A stretch of DNA of 64,000 nt from an uncultured Acidobacteriota bacterium (GCA_963738165.1 CAVTVE010000005.1:19585-83584), one strand, 5' to 3'. Counted from the first letter of the stretch, positions 9,231 to 17,945 are shown. Notes: generated by a model not told the origin, from the sequence alone. A program made the numbers and translations.

Positions 9231-11216
9231 GTGCGCCGTGAAAAGGCGCTGGACTTCAGCGGGTGCAACTCCCGCCCGGGAACTGGTTCGCTCCACCCGG
9301 TAGCAACCGAAACGATAGTGGAGGTAACGAAGCTGTCGGAGCTTTCGGTGTAGAGGGTCGCTTGGCGACTCGGCGAGCGTGCAGGCCGTAACGAGGATAA
9401 ACGCTGAGCAGGCCTCGAAAGAACAATTGCAGGAGCCGACCTGACGTTATCACAGGGAAGGCCGCTGACGATGGAGAAGCACGAGCGAACGCGCTCCATC
9501 GGACCTGCCGGGGTATTGGCGACGGCATGTACGCATAGGAGACCAGACGCAACACGGGAAGCCCCAGCGGTGATCGCAGTGTGGATCAACCGGCAACTCG
9601 CGAGAGACAGGCCGGGCCGTTTGGGGTGGCGGAGAGGCTCGTAGTACCGATGAAGCCGGGTAATGCTGGTGGAGGGAAGGGGCCTCAGTCAAAGACGAAT
9701 GCAACAAGCAACAAAGGACCGAGGGATTGGCGATGAGCCTAACAACTCCACCAGGTGTTCAGAAGTTGCAGATGGCATTACACGCAAAAGCTAAGGAATC
9801 GCCCGACTTTCGTTTCTTTGCGCTGTACGACAAGGTGTATCGGAAAGACGTTCTGGCATACGCCTACGAGCGCTGCAAAGCCAATGGCGGAGCAGCGGGA
9901 GTAGACGACCAGACGTTCGAGAACATCGAGCAGTACGGCGTGGAACGATGGCTGGACGAACTGACGCAAGTGCTGAAAAGCCGAACCTATCAACCGCAGC
10001 CCGTACGGCGGGTTTACATACCCAAGCCGGACGGGAAGCAGAGACCGTTAGGAATACCGACAATCCGTGATCGGGTTGTGCAGACGGCAGCGGTGCTGGT
10101 CCTCGAACCAATCTTCGAGGCCGACCTGCAACCGGAACAATATGCCTATCGGGCGAACCGCAGCGCACTGGACGCCGTCAAGCACGTCCATAAGCTGATC
10201 AACTCCGGTCATGAAGAAATCGTTGATGCTGATCTCAGCAGCTACTTTGATAGCGTTCCACATGCCGAGCTTATGAAGTCGGTGGCTCGCCGGGTTGTCG
10301 ACGGAGCCATGCTGCATCTGATCAAGATGTGGCTGGAAGCTCCGGTCGAGGAAACCGACGATCGTGGCAACAAGCGTCGGAGTACGCGCAATCGGGACGA
10401 AGGTCGAGGCACTCCGCAAGGGGCTCCGATCAGTCCACTGCTCAGCAATTTATACATGCGCCGGTTCGTGCTCGGGTGGAAGAAACTGGGGCACGAGGAG
10501 CGTTGGAGAGCGTACATCGTCAACTATGCCGATGACCTCGTGATCTGCTGTCGAAGCGGAGCGGAACAAGCTCTGACGACGATGCGGGAGATGATGTCGA
10601 AGCTGAAGCTGACGGTGAATGAAACGAAGACGCGGGTCTGCTATCTGCCGGAAGAGCGGTTCGACTTTCTGGGATACACGTTTGGTCGTTGCTACTCGAT
10701 GAGGAGGGGCCGAGTCTTTCTAGGCACGGTACCATCCAAGAAGCGGGTGCAACGCCTCTGTCGCGCGATCAGCGAGGAGACCAGACTCAACACAGTCTGG
10801 CAAGACTCGACGATCATGGTGGCGAAGCTCAACCGGATGCTTGTCGGATGGGCTAACTACTTCTGTCTCGGTCCAGTCAGCAATGCCTACAGTGTGGTCG
10901 ATACACACGCTCGCACGAGGCTGCGTCGGTGGCTATGCGATAAACACAAAGAGCCGCTTCCGGGATACAAACGCTTCCCGGAAGCATCGCTCAATGCTGT
11001 GTTCGGCTTGGTTAATCTACCGAGGCGAACCGCGACCCTTCCGGGGGCGAAAGCGTGAGTCTTTTCCGAGAGCCGGATGCGGGAGATCCGCCTGTCCGGT
11101 TCGATGAGCGGGAACAGGAAACAGAGCCAAGTCAAACCGGACTGAGGCGACGCGGCGAAAGCCAACTCAACTAGCCACCGGGAGACTACCGCCACTGCGC
11201 CTGTTCTCGACTCTAC
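9231..11216 (+). mobile_element. Group II intron, second family (1,986 bp)
   Basis: The 5' end is GTGCGCCGTG at 9231. Canonical domain V at 11070-11102: GAGCCGGAU-GCGG-GAGA-UCCGC-CU-GUCCGGUUC (AGC triad). Domain VI basal helix GAG-CGG-GAACAGG (11106-11118) pairs with CCUGUUC-UCG-A-CUC (11200-11213), with bulged A at 11210. The 3' end ...CTCGACTCTAC is at 11216. The element is intergenic, 32 nt upstream of the divergent start codon at 9198. Confidence 0.85.
9727..11058 (+). CDS. Group II intron reverse transcriptase/maturase (no endonuclease domain)
   Basis: RT blocks YRANRSALDAV, VDADLSSYFDSVPH, GTPQGAPISPLLSNLYM, NYADDLVICC. Maturase region is MLVGWANYFCLGPVS. ATG 9733 is a possible alternative start. 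Confidence 0.9.
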   Translation: MAMSLTTPPGVQKLQMALHAKAKESPDFRFFALYDKVYRKDVLAYAYERCKANGGAAGVDDQTFENIEQYGVERWLDELTQVLKSRTYQPQPVRRVYIPKPDGKQRPLGIPTIRDRVVQTAAVLVLEPIFEADLQPEQYAYRANRSALDAVKHVHKLINSGHEEIVDADLSSYFDSVPHAELMKSVARRVVDGAMLHLIKMWLEAPVEETDDRGNKRRSTRNRDEGRGTPQGAPISPLLSNLYMRRFVLGWKKLGHEERWRAYIVNYADDLVICCRSGAEQALTTMREMMSKLKLTVNETKTRVCYLPEERFDFLGYTFGRCYSMRRGRVFLGTVPSKKRVQRLCRAISEETRLNTVWQDSTIMVAKLNRMLVGWANYFCLGPVSNAYSVVDTHARTRLRRWLCDKHKEPLPGYKRFPEASLNAVFGLVNLPRRTATLPGAKA

Positions 11217-11217
11217 A

Positions 11218-11259
11218 GGCCAGTACCTCACAATCCCGCACGGGATACTGAGTGCCTGG
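11218..11259. repeat. Imperfect palindrome of two abutting TIR-like motifs
   Basis: GGCCAGTACCTCACAATCCCG-CA-CGGGATACTGAGTGCCTGG. It starts 2 nt after the 3' splice site of the intron at 9231-11216. Confidence 0.6.
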
Positions 11260-11364
11260 GCGATTTTTATGGTCTACGGCATTCCTGCCCGCCGCAACCA
11301 GCCTATCTCGTGATTCACCTGCCGGAAAATGCCGGAGCAGAGTCCTTTTGGCTATCGGGTTCAG

Positions 11365-12729
11365 TTATTTTCTGATCCCTTTCATCTTGTGGCCACCTTG
11401 AGTATAGATAACCGACGTGATCTCCCCCATTTCGTCCCGAACAAACTCGTATTCACCTTCGATTTCTCTCTCGAAGAAGACCGTGTCCGACTCTGCGGCT
11501 AAAACACGTTTCTTGTCGCCGGTAACCTGTGCCATCAGTCGCCCGCCTTCTATGCTGACAACCATGTTGTAGTTGGGAATAACGTCGTAGTAGGTTCCGG
11601 CATATTTAGCGAGGGTCGCGGCTAGAATCGTAACTTCATTCCGCTCCCATGGAAGCACGACCTTTTTCCCGTGCGCCACTGACGCGAGTTTGGGCGCAAT
11701 GCTCTTGGGATCGCCTCCGAGATTACTGATGACGATTACCGACAATTTGTCATCGGGGTAATAAACCATGTCTGAGTTGAAGCCGTCCATAGCACCGCCG
11801 TGATCAATGGCACGGTGCCCGTCAATATCTGATACAGCAAGTCCACAGGCGTAATCGTCCTTGAAAGGCGTAGTCATCTTCTTGAGCGAAGCAGAGAAAA
11901 GCAGTTTGCCGCCGAACAATCCTTGCTCCCACCGGAGCAAGTCTTCGGTAGTTGAATAAATTCCCCCAGCGGAAAACCGAAGGGATACATCGTAGTAGTC
12001 GCTGTTTTCAGGCTCGGATTTGCCAAGGTGATAGCCGGATGCGCGATGCTGGATGATCTCTGAGTTTGAGTCATACCCTGAGTCATTCATGCCTAGCGGT
12101 TTGAAGATGTTTTGCTGTAAGAAACTCCCATAGCTCTGGCCACTAATCTTCTCGATTAAGTATCCCAGTAGGTAATACCCCGCATTGCTATACCTGTAAT
12201 TTTCTCCGGGTTTAAAATCCAAGGGCTTATTCTGGAAAGCGGCAACGAGTTGCTCTGGGGTTTTTGTTTGTCTCCAACTCGTGATTCCATCATACGAATT
12301 CGGAATCCCAGACGTGTGGGTCAGCAGATTGTAAATAGTAATGCCGTCCCACGCGGCTGGCGCATCGGGCAAATACTTCTTTACTGGGTCGTTGGTATTC
12401 AGCTTTCCACGTTCTTCAAGAAGAAAAATGCTCGCCGCCGTGAATTGCTTTGTCAGTGAAGCGATCTGGAATTTCGTCGTAGGGGAATTTGGGATGTTCC
12501 ACTCGAGATTGGCGGAGCCAAAACCCTTGTTCAGTAGAACCTTTCCGTCGCGAGCAACCAAGACGGAGCCCATGAACTGCTTTTTTATGACGTAGCCCTG
12601 AATGACCTGTTCCATCCGAGAACTGGTGTCCTGTGCCAAATCGGCTTTTACTTGGCTTGCGCAGACACAGGTGAACAAAAGGAGCGGAAGCGGAATAATA
12701 TGAAGCCTACTCTTACATGGGAAGTTCAA
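11365..12729 (-). CDS. Serine hydrolase, beta-lactamase/DD-peptidase (class C-like) family
   Basis: 454 aa with an N-terminal signal peptide. SxxK motif in IASLTKQFTAA, YxN motif in YSNAGYYLLG, plus a C-terminal extra domain. Visibly more AT-rich than its neighbours. Confidence 0.85.
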   Translation of the reverse strand: MNFPCKSRLHIIPLPLLLFTCVCASQVKADLAQDTSSRMEQVIQGYVIKKQFMGSVLVARDGKVLLNKGFGSANLEWNIPNSPTTKFQIASLTKQFTAASIFLLEERGKLNTNDPVKKYLPDAPAAWDGITIYNLLTHTSGIPNSYDGITSWRQTKTPEQLVAAFQNKPLDFKPGENYRYSNAGYYLLGYLIEKISGQSYGSFLQQNIFKPLGMNDSGYDSNSEIIQHRASGYHLGKSEPENSDYYDVSLRFSAGGIYSTTEDLLRWEQGLFGGKLLFSASLKKMTTPFKDDYACGLAVSDIDGHRAIDHGGAMDGFNSDMVYYPDDKLSVIVISNLGGDPKSIAPKLASVAHGKKVVLPWERNEVTILAATLAKYAGTYYDVIPNYNMVVSIEGGRLMAQVTGDKKRVLAAESDTVFFEREIEGEYEFVRDEMGEITSVIYTQGGHKMKGIRK

Positions 12730-12865
12730 GATCTGTCATCTCCGAAACATGTTTTGCGCGGCGCGACTGCTTGCGCTTGTCGTGGTGCTTCGGTTCCGTC
12801 ATACCAGCACTCTACGCCGGATCAGGGCTAAGTTCCACGATTCCTGTCGACAACAGGGCTTTTGC

Positions 12866-12892
12866 CTCACTATCTCACGTTGAGATAGTGAG
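12866..12892. repeat. Perfect 12-bp-stem palindrome of the repeat family
   Basis: CTCACTATCTCA-CGT-TGAGATAGTGAG, preceded by ACAGGGCTTTTGC (the outer part of the family motif). Confidence 0.6.
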
Positions 12893-13317
12893 CGCCTTGG
12901 CGATTGATATACAGCTATCCAAATTGTTCAGCGCGCGTCATTTGCACTCGACTCAACGTCGGGTATCCGACCTCGCTGTGGCGCGGTGCACTTAACTGGC
13001 TATTGCGTTCCAAATAACGGTCCTGCATCATAGCTGCATGCCCGGCAGGAAGTCGCATCACTCGTGGGACTCGCTCCCCTCGTCGATCGAATTGATAGAC
13101 AAGCTCCCCTCGTGGGCTAAATTGATCGTCATGATAGTCGGCGGTGTTTGCTTCCTCTACTCAATTGCCCACTACGGTCTGGGGGCCACCCTACTGCGCG
13201 TAATCTTTAGCCCATAGCTCGGATACGTGAACACAAGGCGATTGTTAGACAGGTATCTGCACGCAGACACAAAGGAGCCGTCGTCAGACGTGTCGGTGTG
13301 GCCGGGTCAATTTGGCA

Positions 13318-14302
13318 TTAGTCTCCGGGATCCCGAACACAGAGCGCCCGCGTGACGTGGTTCTCGTCGGATGGCCGGAAGTGCCCTGGCTCTCGTGGAC
13401 GACGCGAGTCCGAAAAGGGTGGCTGGTAGTAGGCCCTTACTTGGTCGAAGGTCATTGGATTCCCCGACGCGCTGTCCTTGCTGCTGCTCCAGGCCCCACA
13501 AGGAAGATCGAACTCAATACCGCACTTGCCCTCGCAATCGTGACCGCACTTGCCCTTGCAATCGTGGGCACACTCGCCTCGGCAATCGGCTACTCTTTGG
13601 TTCCAATCATAGATGGATGCAACTTCGTCGACCGTCGGCATCCGCCAGTTCGAGTAGTCGCCGAGAGACGAGTACTTGCAGTAATCGCTGGCCTGTTGCC
13701 AAATCATATCGCCGACGCTGCACTCCCGCGCCCACATCAGTCCTGTTTGCAGGTCCGTCCATGTCGGTTGCAGTTTCGTCTTTTTCAGCTTGATTTCTAC
13801 CAATGGCTGTTTCTCTTGGCTGACAGTGACGACGGTATCGTACCTAGCCCGCCCGTCGTTCGATACGGCATAAATCTTGTGGTCGCCCAGCGAGACAGGA
13901 ATAGTCGCAGAGTGGTCCGCCTTGAGGCTCCCTTGCGCGTTACCGTCGAGCTTCCACGAGCAATCAAGATCGGCAGTGACCAGCAGCTGCGTCTTTATCA
14001 GTTTTTTTGATGTCTACCGATTGCTGTCCCGCTTGGCTGACGGTGACATCTGCATCGAATGCAACCAGCACGTCGTTTGAGATGGCATAAATCTTGTGTT
14101 TGCCCAGGGAGACCGGGACGGTCGCAGAGTCGTCCGCTTTGAGAATTCCTTGCGAATGGCCGTCGAGCTTCCAGGAACAATCGATGTCGGTGGTGACTAC
14201 CAGCGTGGCGCCTGACTGCGCCCACAGCCGGGACTGAATTAGAAGCATCACCGCCAACAGGAACAAGAAGCCTACTGCGGGGAGTCCATTTCGTTGGGTC
14301 AT
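13318..14302 (-). pseudogene. Secreted DUF1566 (Lcl C-terminal)-like protein with two tandem N-terminal repeat domains, frame broken at an A7 run
   Basis: ORF 13964-14383 has probable start ATG 14302 and signal peptide MTQRNGLPAVGFLFLLAVMLLIQSRLWAQS. It encodes repeat 1, LVVTTDIDCSWKLDGHSQGILKADDSATVPVSLGKHKIYAISND. A different frame continues with repeat 2, LLVTADLDCSWKLDGNAQGSLKADHSATIPVSLGDHKIYAVSND, and ORF 13318-13803 follows. ORF 13318-13803 carries the DUF1566-type signature LQTGLMWA...YSNWRMPTVDEV...WSS...RALCVRD. The frames join if the T7 run at 14002-14008 (A7 on the coding strand) loses one base. Confidence 0.7.
13522..13593 (-). repeat. 3 x 24-bp in-frame tandem repeat inside the DUF1566-like domain
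   Basis: Units GCACTTGCCCTCGCAATCGTGACC / GCACTTGCCCTTGCAATCGTGGGC / ACACTCGCCTCGGCAATCGGCTAC. Units 1 and 2 match 21/24. They encode ADCRGECA-HDCKGKCG-HDCEGKCG. Confidence 0.7.
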
Positions 14303-14383
14303 TTCGTCACACAGTATACGATCATGGGCCAGCCGTGAAAGCATTCTTACGGTTACTGGACGACTACAGGGCAAGTATTCCAC

Positions 14384-14405
14384 AATGCCGGAACGGGATA
14401 GTGAG
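14384..14405 (+). repeat. TIR-like motif copy (right-end orientation)
   Basis: AATGCCGGAACGGGATAGTGAG. Intergenic, about 80 nt upstream of the probable start of the DUF1566-like gene. Confidence 0.55.
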
Positions 14406-14555
14406 CGTCTTTAATAATTTCGAGAGTCGGTCTGATTTCGATTAAATTTCCGTTAACGCCAACAGCGCGACATTAGCGAAACGTTCTTTGTTGTTATTGT
14501 CATATCTCAGCGCTAGAGCTGTCCCTTGAGCTGTGATCTCGTTTTTGGAGGCTCC

Positions 14556-15305
14556 ATGATCAGCGTGCTGTCCAGTCAACGTTTTCTTGCCATTTACTCC
14601 GGCTGCATCACACTCATTTTCCTGATCACAGTTTTGTGCGGCTTTTCCGAAGTGAGGCATTTGAGACGCTTCGATGAAATTACAGTGCATCGCATCAATG
14701 TGGTTGAACCGGACGGGACCATCCGAATGGTGCTGTCAAACAAGGACAGAGCACCCGGTTTGTATATCAGGAACAAGGAGCATCCGCATGACACGCGGCA
14801 ATCTGCGGGTCTGCTCTTCTACGACGATGAAGGTACGGAGGATGGCGGCTTGATCTATGGCCTTACGAAGGATCAAAGCGGCCACGCGATTGGAAGCGAT
14901 GTTCATCTCAGCTTCGACAAATACATGCAGGATCAGGTTTTCACCATCGATGCAGGGCAGTATAACCACCAGGAATACTCACAGTTGACCATGCAAGATC
15001 GCGGAGACTATTCAGTCCTGGAAGGTATTGAAGCAAGCCACCGTATATCAAAACTGCCTGAGGGACAGCGTGAGGCGGAGTGGGCGAAGTTCAAGTCCAC
15101 GCACCCAGGAGATCACACACGCGTGCTGCTGGGCAGGGCTGCCGATGGCGCAGCAGCTTTGCGTCTTAAAGACAGGGATGGACATGATCGCATAGTGATG
15201 CGAGTTGCGCCTGACGGAACTCCGCAACTGCAAATGCTTGATGCCATCGGAAACATAGTTGACGAACTGCCTCGGGTAGCTAGAACATTGCCGAGCCACC
15301 CATAA
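14556..15305 (+). CDS. Hypothetical membrane-anchored protein
   Basis: Internal ATG of ORF 14526-15305, preceded by GGAGG. N-terminal TM helix FLAIYSGCITLIFLITVLCGF. No family recognised. Confidence 0.6.
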   Translation: MISVLSSQRFLAIYSGCITLIFLITVLCGFSEVRHLRRFDEITVHRINVVEPDGTIRMVLSNKDRAPGLYIRNKEHPHDTRQSAGLLFYDDEGTEDGGLIYGLTKDQSGHAIGSDVHLSFDKYMQDQVFTIDAGQYNHQEYSQLTMQDRGDYSVLEGIEASHRISKLPEGQREAEWAKFKSTHPGDHTRVLLGRAADGAAALRLKDRDGHDRIVMRVAPDGTPQLQMLDAIGNIVDELPRVARTLPSHP

Positions 15306-15341
15306 CTCCGATTGATCTGGGGAGACTTTGCACGATTGTGG

Positions 15342-15378
15342 ACAGGGCCAGGCACTCACTATCCCATTGCGGGAATTG
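15342..15378 (+). repeat. TIR-like motif copy (left-end orientation)
   Basis: ACAGGGCCAGGCA-CTCACTATCCCATTGCGGGAATT. The inner 23 nt match the MITE terminal repeat at 19/23. It lies 25 nt upstream of the IS1182-like left inverted repeat. Confidence 0.55.
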
Positions 15379-15402
15379 CGCGACGCTGCCGGGATTGAGT
15401 GC

Positions 15403-17003
15403 GTTGCGCAAACGACCGAGACTGTTGAAAAACTCGGCTCGAAATCTGAAGTTTTGTGTTGGCGGTAAACCTCCTGTGTGTTAAGCAGAGATGCAGGAGG
15501 AACGCAACCGATGATGGGTCAACAGCCGCGCACAGAGTCGCTGTTCTACTACTTCCGATTGGAAGACCAGATCCCGGAAAATCATCTGCTACGGCTCATT
15601 GATCGACATGTTGATCTGAGCTTCGTGCGTGAGCGCGTGAAGAAGTTCTATAGTTCGACCGGCCGTCCTTCGATCGATCCTGAAGTGCTATTGCGCTTGC
15701 TGTTAGTGGGTTATCTCTACGGTATTACCAGCGAGCGGCGATTGTTGGAAGAAGTCCGCATGCATCTTGCCTATCGATGGTTCACGCGGCTCGATCTGAA
15801 TCAGGAAGTTCCGGACCACTCCACGTTTTCCAAGAACCGGCACGGGCGCTTTCGTCAGTCGGGCGTGTTTCGCGAGGTATTCGAAGAAATCGTGCAACGA
15901 TGTTTGGCGGCAGGCTTGGTGGATGGGAAGAACCTGGCGGTAGATGGGACGCTCGTGGCGGCTGACGCCAGCCGAACAAGCCGTATTCCACGCGAGCAGT
16001 TGCAGGAAGCGGCTAAAGTTTCCAGGACAGTAAAAGAGTATTTGAGCGATTTGGAAAAAGAGAACCCGGTATCTCACCAGGAACTTGTGTCCGCCACTGA
16101 CCCGGATGCGGTTCTGGCTACCAAGGGCGGGGCCGCGGCAATGGCTTACTACGACAACTATCTTATCGACACGGCGAGTCGGGTGATTTTGGAAGTGGAA
16201 GCCACGCCGGCACTATTTCATCAGGAAGCAGTGGCGGCGCGCAGAATGGTGGAACGGGTTCAGAAGCTCGGGGTTCGCGTGGAGAGTTTGGGAGCGGACA
16301 AGGCATACGGAAGCGGCGAGTTTCTGGCTTGGCTGTTGGAGCGGGGAGTGCAACCGCATATTCCTGTCATTGATCGTCGACATCAGACCGATGGCTGTTT
16401 CACGCACGACCAATTTCGATATGCTCCGGCTGAAGATGTCTATTATTGTCCCCAAGGCAAGGCTTTGCGTTATCGAGGTCTGAAACGTGATAGTCAGGCG
16501 TACGCGTACAGCGCAACCGAGACGCAGTGCAAAGGATGTTCTCAAAAGAAATTGTGCACCCCAGGTCTGTTCCGCATGCTTTTCATAAGCTGGCACGAAC
16601 CAGCTCGGCAGGCAGTACGGGACCTGAGAGGAACGCCCGCCTATGAGCGTTCTCGGCGAGCGCGCTACAGGATCGAGGCTCTGTTTGCAGAACTCAAGCA
16701 ACGCATGCGCCTGTCACGAGTACGACTCCGCCGTCTATGGAATGTTGGCGAGCAGTTCTTGATGGCGGCTACTGCTCAAAACATAAAACGCTTGGTGCGA
16801 TTCCTGGCACAAAGCCCACCGACGAACCAAGCCCAGGTCGGATGACCAGCGATGGGCCCCAGAAACGGAAGCAGCAGAACGGTAATAGTAGATAACTGAA
16901 ACAGGACCTCAGTAGACCAGACCTCACCGCAGTGAAAAGCCCGCATCGGCCCCCGACCCACATGCTTCAGGAGTTTTTCAACAGTCTCGATCGTTTGTGC
17001 AAC
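15403..17003 (+). mobile_element. IS1182/IS5-like insertion sequence (about 1.6 kb)
   Basis: 33-bp terminal inverted repeats GTTGCGCAAACGACCGAGACTGTTGAAAAACTC (15403-15435) and GAGTTTTTCAACAGTCTCGATCGTTTGTGCAAC (16971-17003) match 31/33. They enclose one transposase ORF. No clear target duplication was seen. Confidence 0.8.
15478..16845 (+). CDS. IS1182/IS5-family DDE transposase
   Basis: 455 aa. N-terminal LFYYFRLEDQIPENHLLRLID and RPSIDPEVLLRLLLVGYLYGITSERRLLEEV; AVDGTLVAADAS; DNYLID; C-terminal RYRIEALFAELKQRMRLSRVRLRRL. Typical of the IS5/IS1182 group. Confidence 0.88.
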   Translation: MLSRDAGGTQPMMGQQPRTESLFYYFRLEDQIPENHLLRLIDRHVDLSFVRERVKKFYSSTGRPSIDPEVLLRLLLVGYLYGITSERRLLEEVRMHLAYRWFTRLDLNQEVPDHSTFSKNRHGRFRQSGVFREVFEEIVQRCLAAGLVDGKNLAVDGTLVAADASRTSRIPREQLQEAAKVSRTVKEYLSDLEKENPVSHQELVSATDPDAVLATKGGAAAMAYYDNYLIDTASRVILEVEATPALFHQEAVAARRMVERVQKLGVRVESLGADKAYGSGEFLAWLLERGVQPHIPVIDRRHQTDGCFTHDQFRYAPAEDVYYCPQGKALRYRGLKRDSQAYAYSATETQCKGCSQKKLCTPGLFRMLFISWHEPARQAVRDLRGTPAYERSRRARYRIEALFAELKQRMRLSRVRLRRLWNVGEQFLMAATAQNIKRLVRFLAQSPPTNQAQVG

Positions 17004-17173
17004 AGATCGGCTGCTGGTGATTTTCGGGGGTTTTTGCATTGCAAAAAGGTATTGCATTAGTGAATCGATTGGCGACAGCTTTGTGCAATGGCAATGCTGA
17101 TTGGATACGCACGAGTTTGGCTCCTTCCTGCTTAGAAGAAAGACGCACTATCAGCGTTCGTCGGTCGTGTATC

Positions 17174-17211
17174 CCACCGGCATTTCAACACAAGTGTGGA
17201 AATGCCGGTGG
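17174..17211. repeat. 13-bp perfect-stem hairpin related to the inner part of the TIR motif
   Basis: CCACCGGCATTTC-(12 nt)-GAAATGCCGGTGG, preceded by GTGTATCCC (compare ..AGTATCCCGTTTCGGGCATT). A copy of the CTGCTTAGAA...GCACTAT motif lies just upstream at 17128-17157. Confidence 0.55.
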
Positions 17212-17534
17212 AGAACCTTTGGGTAGATGATAGTGGTCCGGTGTTCATGCGGTGTTCTCCACTCTGCACCGAATGCTGTGCGACTCGTGAAGCCTCACCA
17301 ATCTGCACATTTATTTCACCTCGAGTGTCCTCTCACCCTTTGACCGCAGAAGCAGGATGGGATGCATTCTCCTGCACTGATGTTTGGACTCCCCCGCCGA
17401 TACGACCGCAGCTCAGACGAGATCTCAGCCGACGCCGCTCCCACAATCTTCCCATGCCTAAAGTACAGTCCTAAGCCCGCGCGCTCTGCTCGGACCCTCT
17501 GCTTAGAAACAGAAGAAGCACTATCGCAGAGACA

Positions 17535-17738
17535 TCACTGGCGTGCCCGAATGACGGTTCGCTCCGCTCCGCAATATCTGCACACCTTGGCTTCAGGAAG
17601 AATCAACTCAGCGCAACGATCGCAGGGCACACGAGGCCTTTCGTCACGGGGTGTTGTAGCATTGCTGCCTCGCCAACGGATAAGAATAACTATTCCAAAC
17701 GTGACAGCCAACAACATCAGAAAAGGCAGAAACTCCAT
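17535..17738 (-). CDS. Hypothetical small membrane protein with C-terminal zinc ribbon
   Basis: 67 aa. TM helix FLPFLMLLAVTFGIVILI, then CDRC...CRYC. Confidence 0.45.
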   Translation of the reverse strand: MEFLPFLMLLAVTFGIVILIRWRGSNATTPRDERPRVPCDRCAELILPEAKVCRYCGAERTVIRARQ

Positions 17739-17896
17739 ACGCCTCCTTAATTCTGAGCAGCAAATGATTCGTGTGGCGATCGTGCAGCCACCAGCGTCCT
17801 TTGGCGGAAGCTGTTCATCGGTTTTGCTTTTTGCTCATACTTTATGCCGCTTTCAGCGCCACGTACACGGGTACATGCAGAAAACAGGTCTCCCGC

Positions 17897-17923
17897 CTCA
17901 CGATCTCACCTCGAGATAGTGAG
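17897..17923. repeat. Palindromic copy of the repeat family
   Basis: CTCACGATCTC-ACCTC-GAGATAGTGAG (one mismatch in the 11-bp stem). Confidence 0.55.
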
Positions 17924-17945
17924 ACCCTTGGTAGACTATCTAACC

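Noticed and set aside
3657-11058. Whether the reverse transcriptases belong to a retron, DGR or Abi-type defence system
   Set aside because: Each RT sits between a GTGCG 5' end and a domain V/VI structure with a bulged A. Each has the maturase GW-x-NYF region. No msr/msd-like repeats, template/variable repeats or accessory effector genes are adjacent. They are ordinary group II intron IEPs.
13522-13593. Short tandem repeat as a possible CRISPR or minisatellite
   Set aside because: There are only three 24-bp units with no spacers. They are in frame inside a coding region.
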